From: an uncultured Gammaproteobacteria bacterium | GTDB taxonomy: Bacteria > Pseudomonadota > Gammaproteobacteria > CAYNNN01 | Direction: 5' to 3' | Length of the DNA stretch: 64,000 nt | NCBI GenBank assembly: GCA_964398665.1 | Contig: CAYNNN010000005.1 | Span: forward strand, 2,025-66,024 | Shown here: positions 36,801 through 46,413 of the stretch, one piece after another | How the letters are laid out: every line of letters begins with the position of its first letter | Numbering within the stretch: the stretch's first letter is position 1 | Position numbers and translations under genes: made by a program | The notes under the pieces: model-generated | Seen by the model: only the letters and a program-made list of their open reading frames with translations | Database searches by the model: none | What the model was told of the DNA's origin: nothing

Positions 36801-37230
36801 CATAAGTGCGCTTGATCCGCAGCAGATTATTGACACGGGCAATTAATTCCTGGGTATTGGCCGATTTGGCCAGATGGTCGTTGGCACCAGCTTCAAAGAC
36901 CCGCACCAGGGTTTCCCCTTCACGGTCTCCCGTCAGCACCAGAATCGGCAGGCGACGTACCGCATCATCACGGGCCGCGCGTACCATCTTGATCAGGTCA
37001 TCACCCTGCTCGACGCCGGGGGCCAGCCCCAGGTCCGTCACCAGCAGGTCAAAGCGGCTCAGACACAAGGCCGCATAGGCTTCACGGGCATCGGTAAAAT
37101 GTTCAACCGTCAGCCCGAGCATACGCAATGTCTGCGTGATGGCGTAAGCGGCCGTCTTGCTGTCTTCGACCAGGCAAACCCGTCCGCCGGTCTGGGAAGG
37201 TTGCGCAGTCGCATTCCGGGAAGTATTCAT
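33865..37230 (-). CDS. MMPL/RND-family transporter with two N-terminal receiver domains
   Basis: REC1 (LVEDS, VTDL, LTG, LAK) and REC2 (LVEDS, LTDL, ITS, IKP), then a 12-TM MMPL pattern with two periplasmic loops and TM4/TM10 motifs VAVGDSLH and GIVVDDSVH; one open frame. Confidence 0.88.
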   Translation of the reverse strand: MNTSRNATAQPSQTGGRVCLVEDSKTAAYAITQTLRMLGLTVEHFTDAREAYAALCLSRFDLLVTDLGLAPGVEQGDDLIKMVRAARDDAVRRLPILVLTGDREGETLVRVFEAGANDHLAKSANTQELIARVNNLLRIKRTYDSLSQTRAAQESQGLICLVEDSRTYAYAIQKALKEQHYTVEHFTDALSALAAIKARPYDLILTDLRLEGNMDGDVLTATVRQLPDPARQRLPIVVITSDQDEQTLLRVFEAGANDYLIKPVRPLELVARLRNLIQVKREFEASLQKAVNEATPQVLPTVKPREASRTDTAPVVSTSPATTSELASERSSTTATHGTTPVPEIPGVSWGEWLGRWVTAYPWLFLLLTLALGAGSIAGLHYIGFTDDYRVYFSDANPELRAFDALEHTYAKNYNALFVVKAPQGDVFTQETLTAVEWLTEAAWKIPYSSRVDSVTNFQHTQAREDELIVRDLASGAAQFTPEQLDTARKIALAEPLLLNRLVSPSGHVTGINVSLQLPGKSTDENRQIVEYSQQLVRQFQAKYPNIPIYLSGMVMQDAAFLEATLRDMEHLYPVMLLFVVLLAGVLLRSVTGVLAICVIIAAASLSAMGIFGWFGAALSTPSAAAPTIILTVAVGDSLHFLTAFFHQLRQGDSKREALITAMRLNLMPVFLTTLTNAIGFLSMNYSDAPPLRDLGNIVAVGVAYALIYSMLFLPALMMLLPFRPPRNPRKQPWLDRQLNRWADFTIRRQRPILVGSLTLMPLVAAGVMLIVLDDNFVEYFDHSYRFRVETDFIRDNLTGMDSIEYSLKTGEPGGINDPLYLNRIEQFATWYRKQEGVMHVSAITDIVKRLNANMHNNDPFYARIPEDRNTAAQYLLLYKLSLPRGLDLNNQINLDESATRFTVTLRNVSNAQLIALEQRAYEWLQENVPPIMHARGASPSLMFAKISERNINSMLNGNVLALFLVSGIMLIALRSISLGLVSLVPNIFPALLAFGIWGYLVGQVGLASAVVFSMTQGIVVDDSVHFMAHYAAARRRRLAAHQAIRETFLHVGPSMLFTSIILAGGFLILASSGFAVNSDMGMLTAMTFVLALALDMLMLAPLVLWLEATQAKWLSRPQVG

Positions 37231-37323
37231 GAGTTGGACGCCAGACTCGCAGCGGTGATGGGCGAATATACCCGGAAGCCACGTCTTGTTGCTAGTATGC
37301 CCCGAGATTTCAGGTTCAATTGC

Positions 37324-38016
37324 TTATACTGTATCATAAAAACAACAAGGCCAGGATTGACGGGACAGGGATACGCTGGCGACCTCAGTCCCCTGCACCG
37401 CCACAGCCCCCGCGTAGCCCGGTGGCATATCCAGCGTGTGCAGGGTCCAGGGCTGCACCTGACCGGCGCTATCCGCCTGGACACAGGTAAACCCGGTACC
37501 GGGTCGGTGCAGGGGCCACGTCAGTCGGGACTCGACTCCGGCCCAACCCACGCCCGCCGCTTTCAACAGCGCTTCATGCCAACACCAATACTGGTAAAAA
37601 GCATGCCGGTCCGGTGGCAGCGTCTCGGGCATCCACAAGCGCCGTGCCAACGGCAACCAGTCCAGCTGCCCATCGACCATTTCCACATCCACACCCACCG
37701 CCCGATCCGGGCTGACTGCGGCCAGCAGCACTGCCCCGGCATGGGATACATTGAAATGCAGCGCCTGCGGACTGGCCAGACCCGGTTTGCCATAAGGCCC
37801 ATACACCAGCGGCACGTCCTGCGGGGCACAGTGCAGATAACCTGCCAGCAAATGTCGCACGTAGGCCCGTGCCACCGCATAGCGCCACTGGTCGGAGGCC
37901 CGGCGCAGCCGCGCCAGATGCAGCCGTTCCGCAGGCACCAGCCAGGGCCAGGCCCAGGCAGCCTGATCGGCGGTATAAGCCAGCGTGGCCAGCCAAAGCT
38001 GCACAGTGGCCATCAC
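37324..38016 (-). CDS. Sfp-type 4'-phosphopantetheinyl transferase
   Basis: YGKP, FNVSHAG, VGVDVE, YWCWHEALLKAAGVG. Confidence 0.9.
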   Translation of the reverse strand: MMATVQLWLATLAYTADQAAWAWPWLVPAERLHLARLRRASDQWRYAVARAYVRHLLAGYLHCAPQDVPLVYGPYGKPGLASPQALHFNVSHAGAVLLAAVSPDRAVGVDVEMVDGQLDWLPLARRLWMPETLPPDRHAFYQYWCWHEALLKAAGVGWAGVESRLTWPLHRPGTGFTCVQADSAGQVQPWTLHTLDMPPGYAGAVAVQGTEVASVSLSRQSWPCCFYDTV

Positions 38017-38753
38017 AGGGTGGCCAGTTCGGCACGCAGGGCGGCCAGCACCGCCGCCTCTGAATCATGGAGGAAAAAATGCCCTCCGGCAAATCGACGC
38101 ATTTGCAACGGCATCTGGGTTTGTACCTGCCAGGCCGCCAATTCTGCCCCGGTCACCTTGGGGTCAGTTTCCCCGCCCCAGGCGGTGATGGGTATTGCCA
38201 GCGGGGGTTCGGCACGATAGCCGTAGGTCTCACATAGGGCAAAATCGGCCCGCAGCATGGGCAACAGCAACTGCATCAGTTCGGCGTTGGCCAGCACGGC
38301 CTCCGGTGTCCCGGCCTGGGCGCGCAAATCGGCGATGAACTCTGCATCCGGCCAGGCGTGAACCATCGGGGTACGTTGGGGCAGTTGCGGGGCACGCTGG
38401 CCCGAGACGATCAGCTTGAGCATCTGGGTGTGGCGCAGACGACGCAGGTAACGGGCCACCTCGAAGGCAACAAAAGCCCCCAGGCTATGACCATAAAATA
38501 CCAACGGTCCCAAAGGCAGTAGTGCCGTTGCCAACGGGGCCACCACCCGCTCCAGCTGCCGCACGGGCAATTCCGTCAGGCGTCCCCCCCGGCCCGGCAA
38601 TTGCACCACCCGCATTTCCACATCGGCAGGCAACTGCGCTTGCCAGGTGACAAAGGCACTCGGCCCACCGCCGGCATAGGGAAACACGATCAGGCGCAGG
38701 CGCGGTCTGGGCAAGGCCTGACCCACCAGCCAGCGGGACTGGGTCGTGCTCAT
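38013..38753 (-). CDS. Type II thioesterase
   Basis: FPYAGG, QLPGRG, GHSLG nucleophile, LRADF, GGHFF. Confidence 0.92.
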   Translation of the reverse strand: MSTTQSRWLVGQALPRPRLRLIVFPYAGGGPSAFVTWQAQLPADVEMRVVQLPGRGGRLTELPVRQLERVVAPLATALLPLGPLVFYGHSLGAFVAFEVARYLRRLRHTQMLKLIVSGQRAPQLPQRTPMVHAWPDAEFIADLRAQAGTPEAVLANAELMQLLLPMLRADFALCETYGYRAEPPLAIPITAWGGETDPKVTGAELAAWQVQTQMPLQMRRFAGGHFFLHDSEAAVLAALRAELATL

Positions 38754-39373
38754 CGCTCTGACCGCGTTTCAGCAAACAAACCCAGCAGCATGGCCTGCTG
38801 CACCAGCTCGGCAACGGAACTGGCCTGCATTTTGTGCATCACCCGTCCCCGATGCACTTCCACCGTCTTGGCACTGACGTTGATGCGCTCGGCCATCTCC
38901 CGATTGCTCAAACCCTGACAAACCAGCTGCATGATCGTCACTTCACGTTCCGTCAGCTCCGCATGGCGTTCTGCCAGCACCTGCCGTTGTACTACCGACT
39001 CCCGCAGGCTGGCATCCCGATGCAGGGCTGCTGCCACGCGCGCCAGCAATTGTGCGGAATTGGCCGGCTTTTGCAAAAAATCGAAGGCACCTTGTTTCAT
39101 CAACTCGACTGCCACCGGCACATCGCCATGCCCGGTCAGAAAAATGACTGGTAACGTATAACCGGCAGCCTGCAAACGTTGTTGCACCTGCTGGCCATCG
39201 AATTCCGGCATCCGCAAATCCAGAACCAGGCAACCGGCGGCTGTGGGGGGCACAGCCGCCAGAAAGGCGACTCCACCCGGAAAGGCCAGGGCCGTGAAGC
39301 CGGAGGATTCCAGCAAGAAACACAGCGAGCTTCTTACTTCAGGCTCATCATCAATAACATATACTGTAGCCAC
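38750..39373 (-). CDS. FixJ/TtrR-type REC-LuxR response regulator
   Basis: YVIDDE, LDLRMP, LTGHG, LQKP, LTERE, KTVEVHR. Start taken at GTG 39373. Confidence 0.9.
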   Translation of the reverse strand: MATVYVIDDEPEVRSSLCFLLESSGFTALAFPGGVAFLAAVPPTAAGCLVLDLRMPEFDGQQVQQRLQAAGYTLPVIFLTGHGDVPVAVELMKQGAFDFLQKPANSAQLLARVAAALHRDASLRESVVQRQVLAERHAELTEREVTIMQLVCQGLSNREMAERINVSAKTVEVHRGRVMHKMQASSVAELVQQAMLLGLFAETRSER

Positions 39374-39386
39374 GGTCGGATTAGCC

Positions 39387-39824
39387 CTATTGCCAGCGTG
39401 CCATCGCCGCGCCATCACCTGACCGGGGTTCCAGCCAGGTCCGGCCCTCGGCCGTGATGGCCTGTTTCCAGAAGGGCGCCTCGGTTTTCAACGCATCCAC
39501 AAGGAACTCGCAGGCCGCAAAGGCTTCCGCCCGATGCACCGCACTCACCCCCACCCAGACGATCGGCGCTCCCACGGCCAGGGTCCCCACCCGATGAATC
39601 AGCCGAACGGCCAGTAATGGCCAACGCTGCCGGGCCGCAGCAACCAATTGTTCCAAAGCTTGTTCGGTCATGGGTGAGTAATGCGCCAGATGCAGCGCCT
39701 GCACGGGCGGGTGGCCATCCGCCCGCACCACGCCGACAAAGCTGGCCACTGCACCCCCGCCGGTTTGCAGCAGGGCCTGCCATTCTGCATTCAGATCAAA
39801 CGGCTCTGTCTGAACACGCACCAT
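39387..39824 (-). CDS. moaE: Molybdopterin synthase catalytic subunit
   Basis: SFVGVVR, IHRVGTL, HRAEAFAACEFLVDALKTEAPFWK. Confidence 0.92.
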   Translation of the reverse strand: MVRVQTEPFDLNAEWQALLQTGGGAVASFVGVVRADGHPPVQALHLAHYSPMTEQALEQLVAAARQRWPLLAVRLIHRVGTLAVGAPIVWVGVSAVHRAEAFAACEFLVDALKTEAPFWKQAITAEGRTWLEPRSGDGAAMARWQ

Positions 39825-39842
39825 CACAACCTCCCGCAAGGC

Positions 39843-40094
39843 TCAACCACCCGTAAAAGGGGGTAACCAGGCAATTTCGTCCCCCGGTTGCAAGCGGGTT
39901 TCCGCACCGGCAACGGCATGATTGACGGCAACCCGCACCCCCCGCTCCGGGGCCAGCGCCGCCTGCCAGGCCGCACCCCGTGCCGATAACCAGGCACGCA
40001 ACGCGGCCACATCGCTGATTTCCGCAGGCAGCCAGACGGTTTCATCCGGATGTAACTCGCCGAGTCTGCCGAGATAACGCAATTGAACCTGCAT
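39843..40094 (-). CDS. moaD: Molybdopterin synthase sulfur carrier
   Basis: VAVNH, GDEIAWLPPFTGG ubiquitin-like GG end; next to moaE. Confidence 0.9.
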   Translation of the reverse strand: MQVQLRYLGRLGELHPDETVWLPAEISDVAALRAWLSARGAAWQAALAPERGVRVAVNHAVAGAETRLQPGDEIAWLPPFTGG

Positions 40095-40349
40095 GGACTG
40101 ATAATCATGGGACAACGGGCTGATCATAGCGCAGCCCTGGCATTTTGATGCAGGGCTGAACGGGCAGCGACAGCATCAATAAATACAACACACTGAAATA
40201 GAAAGATTAACAGCTTGGTCAACTGCTTCAGCACGTCAATCGCACCCATCAGGCCTTCGGGTTTCTCGATGACGGATTAGGGAACCGGTCCAGACGCCGG
40301 CCACACCGGTCGTCAGCCGGGCAGGTGTGGCATCGGGTAGTCCTGACGG

Positions 40350-40529
40350 CTAGCGCACCGGCCCGCGCTCATCAAACAGGGGGGTCTGCGCTTCCGGCGG
40401 GTGGTCATCACGCCCGCTACCGAACTCCAGCGTGGTGGCCGTCAGATACAGGGCGACGAGGACGGCAGCCAAAATGCCCCACTTGGCCAGGGTGACCAGA
40501 CTCTGGATCAGTTTTCTGACCGTGTGCAT
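40350..40529 (-). CDS. Possible small single-pass membrane protein (59 aa)
   Basis: [29 protein letters not shown] hydrophobic segment; otherwise unsupported. Confidence 0.4.
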   Translation of the reverse strand: MHTVRKLIQSLVTLAKWGILAAVLVALYLTATTLEFGSGRDDHPPEAQTPLFDERGPVR

Positions 40530-40679
40530 GACGAAACCTCGGATGACGGTGACAGCAGGCGCAGTGTAAGCGAAGCAACCTGCCCTGTCATGGACGGGGC
40601 GACGAGTTGTATCCGAGCGCCGCCCGCAGGTGCAGGCGGGCACATGGTAGGATACGGGCTTTACCCCAAGGAATCGCGC

Positions 40680-42098
40680 ATGAGTTTTGAGGCCAGACCC
40701 ACCGATGCCAACCCTGCGGCCAAGCTGTGGGGCGGACGGTTCAGCAGCGCCACGGCGGCCAGTGTCGAGCGTTTTACGGCTTCGGTCAGCTACGACCGTC
40801 GCCTGGCCACCTATGATATTCAAGGTTCTCTGGCCCATGCGGCGATGCTGGCGCGGGTGGGGGTCCTGACCCAGGATGAGCTGGATACCCTGACGCAAGG
40901 TTTATATGCCATTGCAGCCGAGATCAGCACAGGTCAGTTTGTCTGGGATGAAGCCCTGGAAGATGTCCATATGAACATTGAGGCACGGCTGACGGAACGT
41001 GTCGGTGCGGTGGGGAAAAAACTGCATACGGCCCGCTCGCGCAACGACCAGGTGGCCACGGATTTGCGCCTGTATGTGCGCGCCGAACTGGACGCCCTGC
41101 GGACGGAACTGCGCCATGTGCAAGCCGCCCTGCTGACATTGGCTGAACGGGAGGCCGAAACCCTGATGCCGGGGTTCACGCATCTGCAACCAGCGCAGCC
41201 GATCACGGTCGGCCATCATCTGCTGGCCTGGTTTGAAATGTTCCAGCGCGATCAGGAACGCCTGGGCGACTGCCGCAAGCGCGTCAATCGCTGCCCATTA
41301 GGCGCGGCAGCGCTGGCCGGGACGCCGCATCCCATCGACCGCTGGCATACTGCTGCGGCTCTGGGCTTTGAACAACCGGCAGAAAATTCGCTGGATGCCG
41401 TCAGCGACCGGGATTTCGTCATCGAATTCACTTCCGCACTGGCACTGATCATGATGCACCTGTCACGCTGTGCCGAAGAACTGATTCTCTGGAATTGCCC
41501 GCTGTTTGGCTTTGTAGAGCTGCCGGATGCCTTTTGTACCGGGTCTTCCATCATGCCCCAGAAGAAAAATCCGGATGTGCCGGAACTGATCCGGGGTAAG
41601 GCAGGCCGCGTGTTTGGGCACCTGATGGCATTACTGACCCTGATGAAAGGCCAACCGCTGGCCTATAACCGCGATAATCAGGAAGATAAGGAAGCCCTGT
41701 TTGATGCTGTGGATACCACGCGGGCATGCGTGCAACTGTATGCCGAACTGGTGCCAGCGCTGCGGTTTCGCCCGGAACGTCTGGAAGCAGCGCTGAGTAT
41801 GGGCTATGTCACCGCAACGGAGCTGGCCGATTTTCTGGCCACCCAGGGCATACCCTTTCGTCAGGCTCATGAGATCACCGGGCAGATTGTCCGCCACGCC
41901 ATTGCAGCCGGGCAACCGCTGGAGGCGCTCACGCTGGAGACCCTGCGCCAGTATGCCCCGCAACTGGGGATGGAAGTGTTTGCCCACCTGACGCCCAGGG
42001 CCGCCGTCATGGCACGCGACCACTATGGCGCCACCGCACCTGGTCAGGTGCGGGCAGCCCTGGTGCGGGCACGGGAGCGGCTTGAGGCTCATCCGTGA
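40680..42098 (+). CDS. argH: Argininosuccinate lyase
   Basis: [45 protein letters not shown]. Confidence 0.97.
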   Translation: MSFEARPTDANPAAKLWGGRFSSATAASVERFTASVSYDRRLATYDIQGSLAHAAMLARVGVLTQDELDTLTQGLYAIAAEISTGQFVWDEALEDVHMNIEARLTERVGAVGKKLHTARSRNDQVATDLRLYVRAELDALRTELRHVQAALLTLAEREAETLMPGFTHLQPAQPITVGHHLLAWFEMFQRDQERLGDCRKRVNRCPLGAAALAGTPHPIDRWHTAAALGFEQPAENSLDAVSDRDFVIEFTSALALIMMHLSRCAEELILWNCPLFGFVELPDAFCTGSSIMPQKKNPDVPELIRGKAGRVFGHLMALLTLMKGQPLAYNRDNQEDKEALFDAVDTTRACVQLYAELVPALRFRPERLEAALSMGYVTATELADFLATQGIPFRQAHEITGQIVRHAIAAGQPLEALTLETLRQYAPQLGMEVFAHLTPRAAVMARDHYGATAPGQVRAALVRARERLEAHP

Positions 42099-42997
42099 AT
42101 CTGGTTTGGACCCTGGTGCTGGGCTACGCGCTGCTGATGACCGGGCTGGCCGCAGCACTGGCCTGGCTGTGCTGGCGGACCTGGCAACGCCTGAACGCAG
42201 AACGGCTGGAGCTGAAAGCGCGCCTGACCGCCTATATCCGGGAACGCGGTCAGGCCGAGATGGCGGCCTTCAAACAGCATCAAAGCGCGCTGGGACATTT
42301 ATGGCATGCCAATCTGCTGGGCGAACTGGCCTGTCAGCTGGCCCATGAAATCACCCAGCCACTTTCGGCAATCGTAAACTATACCCAGGGTTGTGTCCGG
42401 CGCCTGAATCAGCCGGAGGCCCGCCCGGAGGCCCTGATCTGGCCTTTGGAACAAGCAGCGCGGCAAGCAGAACTGGCCGGGGAAATTCTGCAGCAATTTC
42501 GCCAGCGCCTGCAGCGCCAACCCGCAGAGCTGCAACGCATGGACCTGAACTATATCAGTTGTCAGGTGGCAGTGCTCATGGAAACCAGCTTGCAGGCCCA
42601 TCCGGGGGTTTACCTGAAGCTGGATTTGACCGGACGACTACCCGCCGCCTGGGGTGATCCTCTCCAGGTACAGCAGGTGGAAATCAATCTGGTGCGCAAC
42701 AGCTTGCAGGCCCTGGCGACCCGTCCGGCAGGACAGCCCGGCATCATTACCCTGCAAACCCTGCGCACGCCGGAAGGCTTGCAGGTACGCATCAGTGACA
42801 ACGGGCCGGGGCTACCGGCAGACCTGACTGCCGAACAATTATTTGAAGCCTTTTTTAGCACCAAGACCGGGGGTCTGGGCCTGGGTCTGACAATCAGCCG
42901 CAGCCTGATCAAGGGCTTGGGTGGCCAACTCTGGGCCGAACCGATGCCCAGCGGCGCCTGTTTCTGTTTCACCCTGCCGCTGGCACCCGTCGAGTAG
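42095..42997 (+). CDS. FixL/TtrS-type histidine kinase with one TM and no evident sensor domain
   Basis: [35 protein letters not shown]. Confidence 0.85.
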   Translation: MNLVWTLVLGYALLMTGLAAALAWLCWRTWQRLNAERLELKARLTAYIRERGQAEMAAFKQHQSALGHLWHANLLGELACQLAHEITQPLSAIVNYTQGCVRRLNQPEARPEALIWPLEQAARQAELAGEILQQFRQRLQRQPAELQRMDLNYISCQVAVLMETSLQAHPGVYLKLDLTGRLPAAWGDPLQVQQVEINLVRNSLQALATRPAGQPGIITLQTLRTPEGLQVRISDNGPGLPADLTAEQLFEAFFSTKTGGLGLGLTISRSLIKGLGGQLWAEPMPSGACFCFTLPLAPVE

Positions 42998-43072
42998 TAC
43001 CGGCTGGCATTTGCCCGCAGGCTGGCGCATCATAGCGGCATCCGTTTAGCCAGTGATTAGTTGATTCCTGCG

Positions 43073-43966
43073 ATGCAATACCGAGACTATTACCAGATCA
43101 TGGGCGTGGCCCGTGATGCCAGTAACGACGACATCAAGCGTGCCTATCGCAAGCTGGCGCGCAAGTATCACCCGGACGTCAGCAAGGAACCGGATGCCGA
43201 AACCCAGTTCAAGGCTGTCAATGAAGCCTATGAAGTGCTGAAGGATGCGCAAAAACGTGCAGCCTATGACCAACTGGGCAATCAGTGGCAGTCCGGGCAG
43301 GATTTCCGGCCCCCGCCGGACTGGCAGACCCGCGCCGGCCAGCAGCATTGGCGTTTCAATCCGGAAGAGGCTGGTGGCTTCAGCGATTTTTTCTCCAGCC
43401 TGTTTGGTCAGGGCACAGCTGGTGCCGAACCTGCCGGGCCGCAGTACCGGGGCCAGGTGAGCCTGAGTCTGGAGGAAGCCTATCAGGGTACGACCCGGAC
43501 CCTGGAAATTCCCCAGCACCACCGTGACGCAAGCGGTCGGCGCAGTACCCGGACGCTACGGGTCAAGATTCCGGCGGGCGTCATGCCGGGGCAAACCATC
43601 CGGGTGGGCAGCGGGCCCGAGGAAGTCCATCTGGAAGTCCAGCTCCAGCCCCATCCGCTGTTTACCCTGGAGGGCCGGGATGTCTCCCTGACCCTGCCGG
43701 TAACGCCCTGGGAGGCGGTGCTGGGTGAAACGGTGCCGGTGCCGACCCTGGGCGGAACCGTGGAACTGAAGTTGCCTGCCAACGCCCAAAGTGGGCAGAA
43801 GTTGCGTCTCAAGGGCCGGGGCCTGCCGGGCAAGACGCCCGGCGACCAGTACCTCACGCTGCAAATCATGACCCCGCCCGCTCTGGACGAAGCCGCCCGC
43901 GAGCTCTATCGCAAGCTGGCAGCGGCCTTGCCGTTCAACCCACGTAGCCATTTGGCGCGCTCTTAA
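43073..43966 (+). CDS. cbpA: Curved-DNA-binding DnaJ-class co-chaperone
   Basis: J domain with HPD, no zinc finger, C-terminal PVTPWEA and LRLKGRGLP. Confidence 0.85.
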   Translation: MQYRDYYQIMGVARDASNDDIKRAYRKLARKYHPDVSKEPDAETQFKAVNEAYEVLKDAQKRAAYDQLGNQWQSGQDFRPPPDWQTRAGQQHWRFNPEEAGGFSDFFSSLFGQGTAGAEPAGPQYRGQVSLSLEEAYQGTTRTLEIPQHHRDASGRRSTRTLRVKIPAGVMPGQTIRVGSGPEEVHLEVQLQPHPLFTLEGRDVSLTLPVTPWEAVLGETVPVPTLGGTVELKLPANAQSGQKLRLKGRGLPGKTPGDQYLTLQIMTPPALDEAARELYRKLAAALPFNPRSHLARS

Positions 43967-43979
43967 GCAGGTCAGATCC

Positions 43980-45104
43980 ATGCAGATCATCGCTGATGAA
44001 CAGATTCCCCTGGTTGCCGAAGCCTTCGCCAGTCTGGGCACCGTCACGCAGGTGCCACACCGGGCTCTGACTGCGGCCTTGCTGGCCCAAACGCAGGCAG
44101 AAGTGTTGCTGGTACGCTCGGTAACATCCGTGGATGCGCGCTTGCTGGCCAATACGGCGGTACGCTTTGTCGGCACTGCCACCATCGGCACGGATCATCT
44201 GGATACGGATTATTTACAACAGCAGGGCATCCATTATGCCAGCGCGCCGGGCTGCAATGCCGAAGCCGTAGCCGAATATGTGTTAAGCGCCCTGTGTGTG
44301 CTGGCAACCCGGCAGGGCTTTGAACTGCCCGCCCGCACCGTGGGCATCGTCGGTTATGGCAATACCGGGCGTGCCCTGGCTGCCAAGCTGGCGGTACTGG
44401 GGGTGCAAGTCTTGCGCAATGACCCGCCCCTGGCCCAGCGTCACCCCGAAGCGGCCGGTTTTTGTGATCTGGACACGCTGCTCAAGCAGGCCGATATCAT
44501 CAGCCTGCACGTACCCCTGACGCGCCAGGGACCACATCCGACCTACCATCTGTTTGATGCCGAACGCCTCAGCGCCATGCGGCCGGGCAGCATGCTGATT
44601 AATACCTCACGGGGAAGCGTGGTGGACAATGGCGCCCTGCTGACCCAGTTGCAGCAGCATCATCTGCGCGCCGCCGTGCTGGATGTCTGGGAGGGTGAAC
44701 CCAGACCCAACCCGGCCCTGCTGGCAGCCGTCACCCTGGGTACGCCACACATCGCCGGTTACAGTCAGTTGGGCAAACTCCGGGCTACCGCCCAGTTGTA
44801 TCAGGCCCTGGGCGCATTTCTGGAACAACCGCCCCAGTGGCACCTGCCGCCCTTGCCAGTACAAACCCTGAGTTTTTCAGACCCCCCCGCGCTGGAAGCG
44901 GTGCTGGGAGCTGCGTATGACATCAGCGCCGATGACCGGCGTCTGCGCGCAATGCTGACGCTGCCAGAAGCCGAACGCGGCGCGGCCTTTGAGCAGTTGC
45001 GCAAAAGCTATCCGTTTCGGCCCGAGTACAGCGCGTTCAGGGTCACGGCCCGGGGTGCGCTGCGCAATACCCTGTTGCGGCTGGGCTTCCTCAGTCAGAT
45101 GTGA
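43980..45104 (+). CDS. pdxB: Erythronate-4-phosphate dehydrogenase
   Basis: IIADEQIP, LVRSVT, TATIGTDH, APGCNA, GIVGYG, ADIISLHVP, TPHIAGYS. Confidence 0.93.
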   Translation: MQIIADEQIPLVAEAFASLGTVTQVPHRALTAALLAQTQAEVLLVRSVTSVDARLLANTAVRFVGTATIGTDHLDTDYLQQQGIHYASAPGCNAEAVAEYVLSALCVLATRQGFELPARTVGIVGYGNTGRALAAKLAVLGVQVLRNDPPLAQRHPEAAGFCDLDTLLKQADIISLHVPLTRQGPHPTYHLFDAERLSAMRPGSMLINTSRGSVVDNGALLTQLQQHHLRAAVLDVWEGEPRPNPALLAAVTLGTPHIAGYSQLGKLRATAQLYQALGAFLEQPPQWHLPPLPVQTLSFSDPPALEAVLGAAYDISADDRRLRAMLTLPEAERGAAFEQLRKSYPFRPEYSAFRVTARGALRNTLLRLGFLSQM

Positions 45105-46320
45105 GCGCCAGACGTTCAGCCAGCAATTCTATCCAGTGCCGTACCGGGCGCGTCGTCCCGCTTTGCAGATGGGTCAGGCAGCCGATATTGGCCGTTACGA
45201 TGACCGCTGGATCATGTGCTTGCAAGGCGTCCAGCTTGCGTCGCTGCAAGGCGCCGGCCAATTGCGGTTGCAGCAAGGCATAAGTCCCTGCCGAACCACA
45301 GCATAGATGTGCGTCAGCCACAGGAACCAGCGTATAACCGGCCTGGGTCAGCAACGCTTCAACCACACCGCGCACTTTCTGGCCGTGTTGCAGGGTGCAG
45401 GGTGGGTGCCAGGCAACGCGTACCGGTTGGGCCAGCGGGCGTAACAGCGGCCAGAGCTGCTGCTGGCGGGCGCTGATCACCTGAGCCAGATCCTGGGTCT
45501 GGGCTGCCACCGCATGAGCCGCTTCCGTGCCCAGCAGATGGCCATAATCCTTGACCGTCACACCGCAACCGGACGCAGTGCTGACGATGCCGACCGCACC
45601 CGCCTGCAGGGCCGCTTGCCAGCGCGTGACGTTGGCCTGCATGGTGGCTCGCCCGGCCGCTTGAAAATTCAGGTGAAAACTGACTGCGCCACAACACCCT
45701 TCGGCAGGCAGGCATTCAATGCCCAGCGCGGCCAGGACACGGGTGGCTGCGGCATTGATGTTGGGTGCCAGCGCATCCTGCACGCAGCCGCGCAACAGCA
45801 ACATCCGGGTCTGGGGAGCCGTGGGCGGAGCCACGGACGGGGGTTTGGGGACATAGGCCGGGATTTTACGGCTGAGCACGCTGCTGTGGGGCAACCCGCT
45901 TCGCACCGCTTGGCCCAGACGTAGCAGCGGGGTAAAGCGGCGTGGATAAGGCAAAAGCGCACTCAGGGCCGCCCGCTGCATCCAGGCCCAGGGGCTGCGG
46001 CCGACCTGACGTTCCACAATATCACGGCCAATATCCAGCAATTGCCCATAGCGTACCCCGGAAGGGCAAGTGGTTTCACAATTGCGACAGGTCAGGCAGC
46101 GATCCAGATGCTGTTGGGTTCTGACAGTGGCCGGCTGGCCTTCCAGGACTTGCTTGATCAGGTAAATCCGGCCTCGGGGTGAGTCCAGTTCGTTGCCCAG
46201 CAGCTGATAAGTCGGGCAGGTAGCCAGGCAAAAACCGCAGTGGACACAACTGCGCAGGATGGATTCGGCCTCCTGGCCGGCCGGGGTCGTGCGAAATTCG
46301 GGGCTGAGCTGGGTCTGCAT
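45091..46320 (-). CDS. glcF: Glycolate oxidase Fe-S subunit
   Basis: MQTQL, CVHCGFC, ELDSPRGRIYL, CLTCRNC, CCGA, HPPCTLQH, CCGSAGTY. Confidence 0.93.
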   Translation of the reverse strand: MQTQLSPEFRTTPAGQEAESILRSCVHCGFCLATCPTYQLLGNELDSPRGRIYLIKQVLEGQPATVRTQQHLDRCLTCRNCETTCPSGVRYGQLLDIGRDIVERQVGRSPWAWMQRAALSALLPYPRRFTPLLRLGQAVRSGLPHSSVLSRKIPAYVPKPPSVAPPTAPQTRMLLLRGCVQDALAPNINAAATRVLAALGIECLPAEGCCGAVSFHLNFQAAGRATMQANVTRWQAALQAGAVGIVSTASGCGVTVKDYGHLLGTEAAHAVAAQTQDLAQVISARQQQLWPLLRPLAQPVRVAWHPPCTLQHGQKVRGVVEALLTQAGYTLVPVADAHLCCGSAGTYALLQPQLAGALQRRKLDALQAHDPAVIVTANIGCLTHLQSGTTRPVRHWIELLAERLALTSD

Positions 46321-46413
46321 GGGCCATGCGCATCAGGAAGAACCCCGCTAGGGTGCCCAAGCTTTGCGGCCAGTGCAAGGCCAGCACTGCTGGGGCTTTC
46401 CCGGTTACCCGGC

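Noticed and set aside
37321-37345. LexA box near the REC-REC-MMPL start
   Set aside because: CTGT is not followed by ACAG at the 8-nt spacing.
40128-40349. Moco riboswitch upstream of moaDE
   Set aside because: Hairpins exist (cagccctg/cagggctg near 40131-40158) but I could not match the conserved Moco RNA motif; needs an Rfam scan.
40401-40679. N-terminal extension of ArgH in the 565-aa ORF
   Set aside because: ArgH similarity starts at the ATG at 40680; the upstream part overlaps a minus-strand ORF and looks like open-frame run-on.
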